From NCBI GenBank assembly GCA_964106645.2, contig OZ067050.1: DNA of 64,000 nucleotides. One strand, 5' to 3'. The notes below the pieces were generated by a model. It searched no databases. It saw nothing but the letters and a program-made list of their open reading frames with translations, and was not told the DNA's origin. Position numbers and translations under genes: made by a program. This document shows, piece by piece, positions 11,344-23,715 of the stretch (the stretch's first letter is position 1; each line of letters starts with the position of its first letter). Origin of the DNA: Podarcis pityusensis (Eukaryota).

Positions 11344-12378
11344 CTGGTGCAAATGGAGAGGGAAAATGTGGTAACATTAAATGAGAGCAGCAGAGTTAAA
11401 TAACACCCCCCCCCCAAAAAAAGAGCAGGGTATGTTTGATCTTAGGAGGGTGGCTGAGGCTATCTCAGGCCCGTTCTCCATCAACATGCCTGCCAAGAAA
11501 GTCTGGCAATTGCATAGGTTTCTGGAGGATATTCTGCAAGGCATTCTTCATTCACAGAGAGCTGGGGCTCACCTTTAACCCGCACCAACTGAGAGAGCTA
11601 AAGGGGAAGGTATGTTCCTGCCTAATAAGCAGTTCAGGCATAATATAAGTAGTTTGTGTGGTTGGGTGTCTATCAGCATCCATGCTCAGGCAGGAACCCA
11701 CCACAGACAGCTAACAGAGTCTCTACAGTTGCTGTCACTGCGAGGAGGGGTGCAGAGGGAGAAATGCTACATAGCAGCAGCAGTAGCAGCCTGCTCACCT
11801 TTCCCCTCTTGGGAGGGGAGAAAATACAGAGTAAGTGAACAATTGACCATTGAGCAGAACTGACCACATTTTCTGTTCCTCCTACTCTTCCAGGCAATTC
11901 ACCTGCCTTTCCCCTTAGGTTGCATACACATCACACATTTAAAATATGCTATCATCTCCCCCCTCCTTTCGAATCCCGAGAATTGTAATTTACCCTCACA
12001 AAGCTACAGTTCCCAATATTCTTGGAGGAGAATGTGTGTGCATTAAATATACTGTATGTATGCAGCCTTTGCCAGGCAAACAGGTTGATGGCAAAGGAGG
12101 GAAAAGAGGTGGATCTGCTGCCAGCCACCCATCTACCAACTGACTTTCTTGTCAATCTCCTCTTCTCTGAGATTTTGCTTCAGAGGGAAAAGACAGGCAG
12201 GTCAACCTGTGGGCAGCTTCTGCTCATCCTCCAGTTTACCTTCCTGCTCTCTCCCTCTGGTGGTGAGAATGATGAGGAACAACCACTGCCCACACTATTT
12301 GACTAGAGGGGCCCAAATGAAGATACTTTACCTGAGGCCCCTCAAAATCCTGGAGCTGACACTGAGGCAGCTACTCAC

Positions 12379-13377
12379 CTGTGGGCCCGATGGTATGGGA
12401 ATATGTGTTTGATTCCTCTTGTTGCTTCTGATCTGTGTTCTCTTCAGAATGTGAAGATTTGTGGTTTATGGATTCCATGTGGTTTACAGATGGTGCATTC
12501 TGTGTGGTTGCCGACAATTCCATCTCTCTTGCAACCTTCAAGATATTTGAGAACAGGAACAGTTCCTTTACTACATTATCAATTACATTCACTCTTTCAG
12601 GTTCCTGAACTGATGTGGAAGTGGTAGGCTGATCTGTAGCTGTGGGATTGGTAAGTTCTACCTTCTGTACTGAGGGCACTTTAAATGCAATGTCCCAGTG
12701 CTTAGACTGCAGTACCTCTGTTGCAAGTGTTAGGCCTGGTTCAGCTATGGGCAGTCCTGTTCTTGTTGGGCTTGTTGTCGCTGTTTCTTCCTCAGATTCC
12801 AGTTCCTGCATGGCTAAGGTTGGCTGAAACTCAGCTGTGGAGGGGGTGGGGGTTTGTCCCAATTCGTGTGTTTGTGGCCTTGTATTGGGGGTGCTGGTTG
12901 ACTCTGTCCCCTGAACATGCAGGATCTCTAGATTAAGTGTTGCTTTATCTATATTCCACAGGCTTACTGTCTCTGTTTCTCTTTCAGATACCAGATCCAG
13001 TGTGGCTGAGGTTGGCAGAGATTCAACTGAGGCATAAATGGGCTCTTGTCCCCTTTCCTGTGAGGATGGTTCTATCTTTGGAGTGTTGCTTGACTCCATC
13101 TCTTGGATGTGCTGCAGGGCTTCTGTATTAGTGGTTGTTTCAATTCTGTTGAAGGGGCTCGCTTGCTTTTGCTCCTTTTCCAGTTCGAGCTCCACAGTTT
13201 GTGTGGTTAGGATTGGTGCTTCAGGGAACTCTAGCTCCCAGCTGGCTGAAAACTCCTGAGTAGTTGTGCTGGTCTCAGCCACATCCAAGATGCTTTGCCC
13301 TGGATTCATGGTTGTAGCAGGTGCAGCTATCTTTGAATTGCTTGATGAGTCTGGCAATGACAGATGCTTCCACCTGC
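12379..13377 (-). CDS. SSC5D: SSC5D-like exon 8, mucin-like Thr/Ser/Glu/Pro-rich region (999 nt)
   Basis: TTTTCAG|GCAGG acceptor, CAG|GTGAGT donor, phase 1-1, within ORF 12371-13519. Confidence 0.8.
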
Positions 13378-13543
13378 CTGAAAATACAGAAGGTGTTCCT
13401 ACATCACAGACTAAAATTACTTTAACAGTCATTTCTTCTTGGTGGGGAATTATAGCAGTGCAGGGAGAATTCTCAGCACCCTCACCTAAATAGATTCCCA
13501 AGATGGAAAGCCATAGCAATTAAGCTGCCATAAAACCAATATA

Positions 13544-13790
13544 CTCCTGCCAACCTAGCAATTCGAAAGCACATGAAAGTGCAAGTAGATAAATAGGTAC
13601 CGCTCCAGTGGGAAGGTAAACGGCATTTCCGTGCACTGCTCTGGTTTGCCAGAAGTGGCTTAGTTATGCTGGCCACATGACCCGGAAGCTGTACGCTGGC
13701 ACCCTCGGCCAATAAAGCGAGATGAGCGCCGCAACCCCAGAGTTGGTCACGACTGGACCTAATGATGAGGGGTCCCTTTACCTTTACCTA
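13544..13790 (+). mobile_element. Sauria SINE (5'-truncated), intronic
   Basis: Same core and CCTTTACCTTTACCT tail as 5357-5678. Confidence 0.9.
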
Positions 13791-14045
13791 AAACCAATAT
13801 AAGTCTTTAGTACTGTATATACATACCCAGAATAAGGTGTTTACTGGAGTCTCCAGAATGAAACTGGGTTTAGCCCATTTGAGATTGTTACTGATTTCCC
13901 CCCAAGGGCATTGAATTTTCTATTATTGGCTTATTCACAAGTTCAGGGTTCTCTCTCCTAAATATGGCATATCTGTTTTGGAACCAGGCAAATGGACTCA
14001 CTGAACATGACTGGGAATCAGCTGGTAAACTGAGTTGTTCCCTAC

Positions 14046-14360
14046 CTGTGCAGATGACTGAAGCATCTTCATGATGATTGCAGTTATGCGTCCCCCACGG
14101 CTGGGAGCGGCAGTTCTGTAGAGTGAACTCTGCCCCAGTGCAGTTGACATCATCCAACCAGATAGGTCCAGATCCTGGCCCATATCTTGCATTACCAGGG
14201 CTGAGAAGAGGGGCCCCACAGCCCAACTCGCGGCACACCACTGCCGCGTCCACCAGATCCCAGCCATCATCGCATACTGTGCCCCAGTAATCTTGATACA
14301 GAACCTCTACCCGTCCAGCACAGGATCCAGGGCCTCCTTGCAGCCGCACCTGCCACTGGC
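14046..14360 (-). CDS. SSC5D: SSC5D-like exon 7, group B SRCR domain 3
   Basis: VRLQGGPGSCAGRVEV...WGTVCDDGW...VVCRELGCG...IWLDDVNC...HNCNHHEDASVIC; 8 Cys, 315 nt, phase 1-1. Confidence 0.93.
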
Positions 14361-15149
14361 CTGAGTTTAAAAGCATATGAAGAGGAAATGTTTATAGGAT
14401 AAGAGGTGTTAAAAGTCCTTGCATCACAGATCTCTCACTTGTAAACCATGGTCCTTCCCTTTGAGGTTCTCAGTTCATTCTAGTGAATCCCAAAGGCCTC
14501 TATTTTTTATAATGATGATATTGCTTTTCTCACAAAAGTGACCCAAAGCAACTTACAGCCACAGTATAAACATTAAAACAAATTAAAGCACAAATAAATA
14601 AAAATCTAAACACAGTATCATTGCAAGGAATCCAGATACCATGACTATGCAGCCCATGTCTCCTGAAAGCAGTTCAAGACAAAACTAGATGCCATGTGGA
14701 AGATCCATGATTGGATCTCCCCAAATTTTGTCATTTACTCAAATGAAAGGAGTCGTACCTGTTTGCTTAGGTAGCAGCAGGTGGGGGAATGGAGGGGCCC
14801 TATGTTTTAACTTGACCTTCACTCATGTTTTCAAGGGGGCCATAAAACAAGTAAAACATGCTGTATAATGTGATAACTTCCTTGAGCACTGAGATGTCAC
14901 AACTGAATTTTGTTTCATAATTCTTCATTTGAAGTTCAACCAGTGACTCAATCTCTGCTCCCTTTTTTAAGGGGTTTGTTGAAGCAAAGATGCAAAATCT
15001 GTTGTCATGTAATATCTTTTGTCACTTAGATTGTGTTTTCATAGTTGTTAATTATATTGGCACCCCCATTCCAAACAAGAAACAGCACCTGTGCAAATTG
15101 CCTGGGAGTCAATAATGGACATAAACAGCTACCTCTCTCTGCTACTCAC

Positions 15150-15338
15150 CATCTGGCACTGTTTCCTTTTGGCTCTTCTCTATTTGTAATGCTTCATTAG
15201 CTACAGTTGCTTCTTGATTCCCTGTAGGCTGAGTAGGACGGGGAATTCTTTTAGGGGCTACATACCGGCGCCTCTGGGGTGCCAAGGTCCTTGTGAGCAT
15301 GGCCACATGCTCTTCCACCATGGCCAGGGGCATCTCAC
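15150..15338 (-). CDS. SSC5D: SSC5D-like exon 6, linker (189 nt)
   Basis: CTCACAG|GTGAGATG acceptor, ATG|GTGAGT donor, phase 1-1, open frame. Confidence 0.7.
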
Positions 15339-16298
15339 CTGTGAGGAGATGATACACCATGTGACACAGACACAGCGCATACAAAGGAAGCTTCAGTGCA
15401 ACCATATCCCTACACAATAATTTAGAGCAGAATTAATACTGGTATAACCATTAGCTTCTCCCTTGGGTGCTGGATGTCTTTGAGTGGGTTGGGTTGCTCC
15501 TGTTGCTTGGGAAGGCAGAAAACCATTTGCTTCAGAGGAATTTCTCAACTCTGTCTTCCTGTTGAAGCCTCAGTATTCCTGTTGAAGTCTGGTATTCCAA
15601 TACTGCAAAACAAAACTGGCTGAAGAGAAGACACATGACCAAGCCTGAGATTCCTAATCTCAGAATTATAAGAAGCAGCACTCAGTCAAGTGCCCATAGT
15701 GCAAGCATGACCTGAGTGTGGAAGAACACTCTGGGATCAGCACATACCAGGAATATAAGACTATTAGTCTCTGACCACTTACTGACAGCCTGTGGTCAAG
15801 ATAACAAAAAGTGTCCAAGAAGTATGAGCAGCTTAAGACAAGAATGTAATAGCCATGGCAGAAGACACTTAATTTTCCATCCAATATATCATTAGCTTTA
15901 GTACACCTCACTGTGAGATATCCAGTACTTAAAGGAAAAGGTAGCATTGGTCTTACTGTGAAAGTTGTTGCACAGGTCACATCCTAATAGTGGTTATTTC
16001 ACACTGTTCCTTATATTGCTAGCTAACTTGTAGTCCTGACATCCAGTTTTGCCAGAGCCCATACTCTTCTACAATCTCTTCTGTTGCTTATACATACACG
16101 TGTGTGTGTGAGAGAGAGAGAGAGAGAGAATTTAGCTCAGCCATGGAACTGAGGCTTCAACAGGAAGAGAGAGCATTCAACATGGTTTCCTGCCTTAATG
16201 AGCAACAGGAGAAACACATCTCACTTGGAGACATCCACACACCAAATGAGAAGTAATTTTCACAGTAAGACCAATGCTACCTTTCCATGGCCAGAGTA

Positions 16299-16540
16299 CA
16301 GTGGAACCTTGTGTTGCATACCGTCCTCCTTGCGAATGCTTCGGGTTACCAGCTCCGCTAACCTGGAAGTAGATGCTCCCGGTTGCAAACTTTGCCCCGG
16401 GATGCGAGTGGAAGTTGCACGCCGGCAGCACAGCAGCAGTGGGAGGTGCCATTAGTGAAAGCGTGCCAAATGTTACGAGTGGTTTCGGCTTAAGAACGGA
16501 CCTCTGGAATGAATTAAGTTTGTAGCTGGAGGTACCACTG
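16299..16540. mobile_element. Tc1/mariner MITE
   Basis: TA-CAGTGGAACCT ... AGGTACCACTG-TA. Confidence 0.8.
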
Positions 16541-16761
16541 TATACCAATGGTATATCTACACCAGCTTTATAACTCATATCTTTCATCAGCTTTATAACT
16601 CATGGCTTCATCCAACTGATCCTGGAAATTGCTATTGGGATGGATGCTAAGTGATGGATGATTGAGATTCCTAGCCTCTGGAATCCTCACAAAACTAGAA
16701 TTCTCAGAATTTCCTCGGAAGTCTGAATGATTAAGTGTAAATAATGCTACAGTTCTCTCAC

Positions 16762-17076
16762 CAGAACACACAGCCCCAGCATCTTCACTGTGTCGGCAGT
16801 TGGTTGTCCCCCAAAGGCTGGTATGGCACTCCGACAACATTGACTCTTCTCCTTGGCACTGTACATCATCTAACCAGATGACACTGCTCCCCTCACCAAA
16901 GAAGGCACCACCTGGTGCTGCCAGCGCCTCCCCACAGTCCAGCTCTCGGCAGACCACAGCAACATCCAGAAGGTCCCACATGTCATCACATACTGTGCCC
17001 CATTCCCCTTCATGAAACACCTCCAGTCGGCCGGAACAGCGGCTTCTGCCACCCACGAGACGTAGAGCAGGGGTCC
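16762..17076 (-). CDS. SSC5D: SSC5D-like exon 5, group B SRCR domain 2
   Basis: LRLVGGRSRCSGRLEV...WGTVCDDMW...NCRHSEDAGAVCS; 315 nt, phase 1-1, AG/GT bounded. Confidence 0.93.
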
Positions 17077-18117
17077 CTGGAGGGGGAAAAGGGGAGAGGA
17101 GATTAAGACAAGCTATAGCATCTGGAGCACCCAAAGGTGGGGTATGAGGTTCTCCCATCTTACAGCCTATCTGATTTTTCAAGGAGAATGAGTTCAAATT
17201 TCTGATTGGGCACTAAAGCAAATGCTGAACCCCACTAACCTTAAGGCAAGTGGAACTGAACTGTCTCCAGCCCAAGCCACGATCTGAATGCCACTGTCCA
17301 TTTTATTTCTAGATGAAAGCCCACAACTATTGTGCAACTAAAGCAGGAAAGGGACTCCTTGGGCCCCTAGAACTTTTCCTAGCCTATGCCCTACCCTTCT
17401 CTGGTCCTGCTTTACACCCTTTATTGCTTTTCCCTAAGTATAATATCTTGAATTGACCTGGATGGAGATGTGAGTGGGGGGGGGGCAGACTTTCTGAGCT
17501 TTCATGTCTGGAATGTACAATGCTAAGTGCCCAGTACAATGTTAAACGCCCAGTTTTGCCCCTGACCCTACTCACTACTGGTATATGGCCCCTGGAAGGT
17601 TTCCAATGAGCAAATGTGGTCCATGGACTGAAAAAGGTTCTCCACCTGTGAGCTAAATAATGGCTTTTTATTCAGTATAGAAATAGACTTTTCCTTCTTT
17701 CGTACTATGCTTTTTCTCTCCCTTTTCTCCATGATTACTTGGCACAATAATAGAATAAAAAAAATGGTATGGTTGCCACTTTGCTCCTGTGCCTGAATCA
17801 AACAGCTCCTGTGCCTTAACAAATTCATTAAAATGTAGCAGAAGAAGCTCTCAGGCTAAGTTAAAGCTGGGCTAGAAAAAGGAAGCAAGCTTGAGCACTG
17901 GTTTTCAACTGGTGGGACTGGACCCACTGGTGGGTTGCAAACTGGTCCAAGGTGCGTCGCAACAGGAGCACTGCCACCATGCAAATATATGGCAAAAGAT
18001 TTAATAAATGGGTCCCCAGAACCCATCCCCACAATCTCTTTTAACCCTACTTTAGAGATGGATATTGTTCAGCTAAACGATGAAAGTGGTGCACTTCAGG
18101 GATGCCTGCACACTCAC

Positions 18118-18228
18118 CTTCAGCAGGTGCAGAAGATATGAGTGGTCTTGCTGTCGTTACTGCTTTCATGTTGCCCCATCTGAATGCCGGTTGAGGGGGG
18201 AAGGCGGTAAGAGGACCAAAGCGCTGAG
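18118..18228 (-). CDS. SSC5D: SSC5D-like exon 4, linker (111 nt)
   Basis: CTTGGCAG|CTCAG acceptor, AAG|GTGAGT donor, phase 1-1. Confidence 0.7.
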
Positions 18229-18776
18229 CTGCCAAGGGAGATGAGAGAAATGAACATGCGCGTTGGTCCAGTATGCTACAAACCACTTAGGTCCCTTTTC
18301 CTCAGGGATAGAACAATAGTTATTAAACACCTAAACTTGCATCCAGCTCTATGCTTGGACCCAATCGCAACAAGCAGCCTTAATTTTAAAGAGATGGCTG
18401 GATACATTCCCCCATACTGTCAAAAGGTGAGACTGCAGAGCTTTCAGTTAAAGGGAGTTCACAGGTAGGCCTTTTTAACTAAGCAGAGCAGTATGAATTA
18501 TACAGAGGAAAGGCAGGGGCCATTTAATGAATTTGCAAGCCTCATCCCCCTGACTCCCACAAATTTAGCCAAATGTAACTTTATACAAACATGTCTTCCC
18601 ATAATTCAAGTGCTGAATTTATCTTTAAACATCCTCTTGTTGGATGCTTTAAATTGGACTGTACAGAGATGTGTCTGTATGACAACAACCCGTTTGCTTG
18701 AAGCAATCAACTCTGTGGGAAAGTCAGCTTTCATCAGAGTTCATCTGATGGAATTTCTGAATCACAAGAGTCCTAC

Positions 18777-19091
18777 CTGAGCATATGGCACTGGCATCCT
18801 CCTCATGGGTACAGACATGCTTGCGAAACCCAATATGGGGGCAGGAGTGCAGGTATTCCTCAGTGCCCATGCAGCGCACCTCATTCAGCCAGATGGGTCC
18901 AGGTCCTTCACCAAACCAGGCCCCATGGGGTGCTGAAAGGGCAGCCCCACAGTCTAGCTCTCGACACACCACAGCTGCGTCCTGCAAATCCCAACTGTCA
19001 TCACACACTGTCCCCCATTCACCCTGGTGGAACAGTTCCACCCGTCCTGCACAGAGGCTTGGGCCTCCAGACAGACGTACTGGAAAGGAAC
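18777..19091 (-). CDS. SSC5D: SSC5D-like exon 3, group B SRCR domain 1
   Basis: [16 protein letters not shown]...WGTVCDDSW...[14 protein letters not shown]; 315 nt; a second in-frame AG lies 12 nt downstream. Confidence 0.93.
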
Positions 19092-19724
19092 CTGCCAGGA
19101 GGAGAAATAATCAAAGTCAAGGAGAGACCTGTCTTATCTCTTTCTCCCACTTAAGTAGGCAGTTCTGAATTTTGATATCCCACATCCCCATCCTGACATC
19201 TCTTGATCTGATCATCAAGTCAGTTTTCACCTTTGTGCAGATTTCCTAAACAATGCCCTTGGCTCTTAAGGCCATCTCCCCCAAGGCCAGAACTATAGCA
19301 AGATCAAATCAATAGTGTTTGTAAACATGCTATTCCCATTTGCACACTAATGAAAAATAACAGAAGTTTCCCCCTTGGAAAATGATGGGAAGCACAGCAT
19401 GTAATGAATTGTCAGTCTATTCTACATCTAATTATGCAGGACACAGGGGACCTACAACAAAATGCTGCAGTGTGGAGTTCTCCTGTTCCTATTGCCCGTC
19501 AGTCAGCCATGCCCTCTACCTGCGTATTCCATTCAGTTCCCCTTCCCATCCAGTTTTCTAGGTTCTGGTTTTCAAAGGGTTTTGAGGGTGTGTTTTTTTA
19601 CTTCTGCAAGCCTTCTGAAATGTTCATCTAGTGCACGGATGGTGTTGTTTAGCCTGCACAGCACAAGCACTCCGGCCTGAACATTGAAAATAGAAGGAAT
19701 GATGATAGCATCTCAGGCTGTGGA

Positions 19725-19922
19725 GAAAGGCCGTAGCTTAGTGGTAGGAAATCCGTGTTGCATGCAGAAGGTCCCAGGATCAATCCCTGACATCTCCAAA
19801 TAGTTCTGGGAGAGACTCCTTCTTGAAGCCCCGGAAAGCAGCTGCCAGTCAGTGTTAGGCAATACTAAGCTAGACTGAGCAATTATCTGACTCTGTGTAA
19901 GGCAGCTAAGCTTCCTATCTTC
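19725..19922 (+). mobile_element. tRNA-derived SINE
   Basis: A-box TAGCTTAGTGGTAG, B-box-like GGATCAATCCC, tail ...AAGGCAGCTAAGCTTCCTAT; relatives at 33158-33475 and 38150-38292. Confidence 0.75.
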
Positions 19923-19984
19923 CCAACCTGGAGGTCACTGAAGGAAGCAAAGGGGAAAGAGACAGAGATTCCTTTCCGTTTTAC

Positions 19985-20011
19985 CTGTGGCATGAAGTCT
20001 CAGGAAGGCAA
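19985..20011 (-). CDS. SSC5D: SSC5D-like exon 2 (27 nt, signal peptide end)
   Basis: TTTTTGCAG|TTGCC...CACAG|GTAAA; encodes VAFLRLHAT, phase 1-1. Confidence 0.75.
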
Positions 20012-20869
20012 CTGCAAAAACAAGGCAAGAGGTTTCAAATGAGATTAAGCTCAAGTGGAAGGTTAGTTCTACCGGTGTAAACATTCTGGGCTGTGTTCTC
20101 AAGATCACAACAGGCTGCCAAGCCCTGGCAGAGATGGATCTAGGTAGACATTTCCATGCCCATGGGAGAGCCAGAGCCAGAAAATAATATTTGGAGGGTT
20201 AAACAAATAAAAAGGTGTGTATTAACCAGTACCACCTGGGACTTCTTCCTATAAAATAAGAGCAAAGTCTGAGCCTATCCACAACTGAAAAGTCTATTTC
20301 TGCATCTTCCATCCCTGTCCTCACCCTAACCTCACTAACGTTTCTTTCCTGAGTCTCCTAACCACTACTGATACTATTCCACACTTTATTTAACTCCTGT
20401 TTTTTAAAAAAGACAAGATTGGCTCTCAATATTAGGGATGTGCTGAGGTGTTTATGGGTCCCGGTCCCAGGCTCCTTCCTTCCTCCAGAGGGAGCGGATA
20501 GAGGCAGCTACTGGTGGCAAATAAATATGGTAGCCCAATGGCCTTCTCCAATGGACTCTGATTCCAACAGACTCCAACCGCCTTGGAATGCTCCTGTCAA
20601 TCACAAGCAGCTGTTCACCAATACTCTTTAAAATACCTAGAGCATTACACCAGCTTCTTTAACTCCTACTACTCTTTTATCAGCCTTTTGTACTCTTAAC
20701 TTACAAAGGCTATAGGGAAGGATTTTGGATGTTATTCACATGTTCAGAGCACAGTTATGGATCAGTGGTGGGGAGTCTTTCTTCTGTCAAGGGGTGGGAT
20801 AATCTGTTAGGGGCCACATGCCAGAATAAAGACAGACCCCTCTTGCCAGAGGTCTGAACTGCCTGCCTG

Positions 20870-20999
20870 TAGGAGGGATCATGAAGGCTATCCATTCCAA
20901 CTCCTTGCAATGCAGGAATCTTTTGCCCAATGTGGGACTTGAGGCCACTGCCATGAGATTATGAGTCTCATGCTCAACTGACTGAGCTATAGCAGCCCC
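20870..20999 (-). mobile_element. tRNA-Lys-derived SINE with CR1-like tail
   Basis: TAGCTCAGTCAGTTGAGCATGAGACTCATAATCTCA...CCCACATTGGGC resembles tRNA-Lys(CUU) and runs into AAAAGATTCCTGCATTGCA. Confidence 0.75.
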
Positions 21000-21968
21000 T
21001 TTTTTTTCCATTTTGGTATTCCCCTTGCCCAAAACAATGACCTAAATTAGAAATGCAGCAGTGATGAGGTGCTCAGTACTTATGTTATTACACCCCCACC
21101 AGAAGTTACAGCATGGAAGGGGACTGAGGGAAGGGACAAATGTGTTGGTCTTCCACTAGGTGAGCCAGATCTGCCCCAAGCCTACCACTTTGCCCTGGGA
21201 GACGTATGGGAGGACAGAATTGACAAAATATAAAATGCCATTAACAACATCTATTCTAAATATGGTCAATCTACCTTTCTGCTTTCTGGAACATGTCCCT
21301 GTCGTGTCTTTCAGGGAGATACTGGGAATGTCTTTTTAAAAAATGTGTTCTGCAGATTTCAAACTTTGAGGGTAATACCTTGATTTTAGTAAATGGACAC
21401 AACATACCAGTACACTGCTTCTCTTCCATCCCTCCACTCACAGTAAATGGGGACAATAAAAGTTTCAGAACAGGCTTGAGTTGCAGCTTTTCTATGTAAG
21501 TGCAACCAGATCCGTTATGAGAGTCATCGTTCTTCAGGCTTTTTAAAAAAGTAAACTAGTACAGTCAGTTTACTAACAGTCCCTTGCTTCAGAAACCAAT
21601 ACAGATTGGGCTATTGCAGAGTAAATGAATACACAACATGTATTTTAGATGGAGAAAAGATTTCCCAATGTGCAAGTAGGTGATGGTGGGGGAGGCAAGT
21701 AGAGCTGCTTTGTGAAAGCAAAGATGCCACTTATGCTGCAGTGTTGCAGACACTATTGCACTGACCCGAGTAGGCTTCTTTTCAATGCTTCTCAAGTAGA
21801 ACTCATTCCCTGCTCAGACATCCTAGTCCCCAATAAACATACCCCACAATTCTGATGTCGCTGGTGGAAACTCTTAGCCCCCTGCTCCTTGGCAGGACCA
21901 GCTGTTCACAAGGTAATTCAGAGTTGCATCCAGGAATTGGGGTTGGCTGTGCAGAGGGCAACACTCAC

Positions 21969-21996
21969 CCAGAAGAAACAAGAGGCGTTGTTGCAT
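21969..21996 (-). CDS. SSC5D: SSC5D-like exon 1 coding part (signal peptide start)
   Basis: ACAATGCAA: MQQRLLFLL, then TGG|GTGAGT, phase 1. The ten exons sum to 2859 nt (952 aa plus stop). Confidence 0.7.
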
Positions 21997-23701
21997 TGTC
22001 TTAGTGGCCGGCTCTGCGTCCTGGTCAGCTGCAAAGGAAACTCTGTAAATCAGAGGCGTTTTTTATTGCCGGCAGAGGACCCAGGCAGTGAGTCAGCCAG
22101 GCAGAAAAGAGTGGGAAACACCCCTGCTTGCTCTGGGTCATGTAGCCTCCAATCTGCAGCCTGGGAAGAGGAAAGAGCCAGAGTGGGGGAGACCTATAGG
22201 AGGCGTTTCAACAATCCTGGGAGAGCCACATTTGTGCAAGGATTTTCAAAGGAACAACATTGGTAGTAGCACTTCTGAAATGGTGTGTTCTGGCTACAAG
22301 AGGTATAAGCTCTCAAAGAAAAGGCCTAGTTTCATTCCATACAGTATTTCTTTTGCATTACCAGTCCACTTGTGTGCAGAGGTGGGGAGAAAGAGTGAAA
22401 ACATTTTCCAGAGCCACACCTCATCGCTAGCCATCCCTTGCACATTTTCCTCAGTCCTATTTCATTCCCCATCCCTTACTTTGTGCCCCCCCTGCACCTT
22501 TTGTAGAAGAGGCAGGCACCTCTTCTGCACCTTTAGCAGTATCAAACAAGTGAATGTTTTTCCATGAGGCCTCTGTCCAAACTTCCACTGCTGGAACTTC
22601 TGTCATGTGCTGGAGAAAAGGTAGTAAACTTACACAAATGCTTTTTCTACCCTTTCCCACTGTCCCTATTTATCTTAATTTTCTATCTCAACACATCTCC
22701 CACACCCTCTGGCTTTGTTCCCACCTCCTTCAACTTCCTACCTGGCCTCACTGCCCCTTTCCTTTAATACACTGCTGAATTAAATCCAACCATTGCTTCC
22801 CACTGAGTTCCACAACTGTTTTTTTCAACACACACTTAAGTCCTCCCCTCAGCCATTTCCCTGACCAGTTCCCCCTTCTCAGAGGGCAAACAGCAGCTGG
22901 AGAGAGGTCCACCATTTTCACTGAGGAACAGAGCTAGAGTTAATATCCCTTCCCCTTTTCAAATGAATTGGCGGTTATGTTTCAAAGGAAGAAGTGTTGG
23001 AATTTCACTTTGCAAAGCTGCTGTGTAACATGTTGTTTGTCCCTACCCTCATTTCACAAGTATTAGAGCTGGTTTTGGTGCAAGTACTATGCCTCTGCTT
23101 GCTATCCATAAAGTGGCATCTTACCCACCAAGATAACAGTGGCTGACTTGTTCATTCAACGTGGGATAAACATGGGGAGACACCAAGTCAGCTGCCACAA
23201 GCTCCTTGGAAGAAGGGCAGAGTACAAATGAGAGAGCATGGAAACCATTCTGACAGGGTTGTGGTACTGTGGCCCCTGCTTGAGGCCCACAGATCTGTGG
23301 AAGTTCCTGCGCTTCACGATATTCCGAGCTTCCTTATCTTCACACCCACACAGGGATGAAATGTAGACTGACGCCGGTTGGAAGCACAACAGCAGCAAAG
23401 CAATAGCCAAATCTATCCACAGGGAAAGCATGTCACAGGAAATATGAGTCACACCCACCATCCCAGAGAAGCAGCTGGTCTTCTTGTATTTAGGAAAAGA
23501 GGAACAGAAACAGTCAAGATCAGGTTGTGTCTGGGGGAAATCACAATGGAGGTATCACCAGAAACATGAACCTAGGCCCTGCGGCTTTGAGCGAGCCTGG
23601 GGGACCCAGTGGTGGCTATTCCTAGTTTATGGGATGCACCCATTGCTCCAACAAGAATTTCTGTTACTGGGTTGGTTCCATGGTTTCTAGCACAATAACT
23701 G

Positions 23702-23715
23702 GTAACCATAGCAAC
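23702..23715. promoter_or_regulatory. RFX X-box consensus match
   Basis: GTAACCATAGCAAC fits GTNRCC-N(0-3)-RGYAAC. Confidence 0.45.

Noticed and set aside
11571-11737. Possible extra SSC5D exon (CTCGCAG|...AAAG|GTGAG)
   Set aside because: In-frame stop in the phase needed to join the flanking exons; at most a poison exon.
13378-13519. Hydrophobic N-terminus of the 382-aa ORF as a separate gene start
   Set aside because: Intronic open frame upstream of the clear acceptor at 13377.
20920-20995. tRNA-Lys gene
   Set aside because: Damaged anticodon and T-arm, and it continues into a CR1-like SINE tail.
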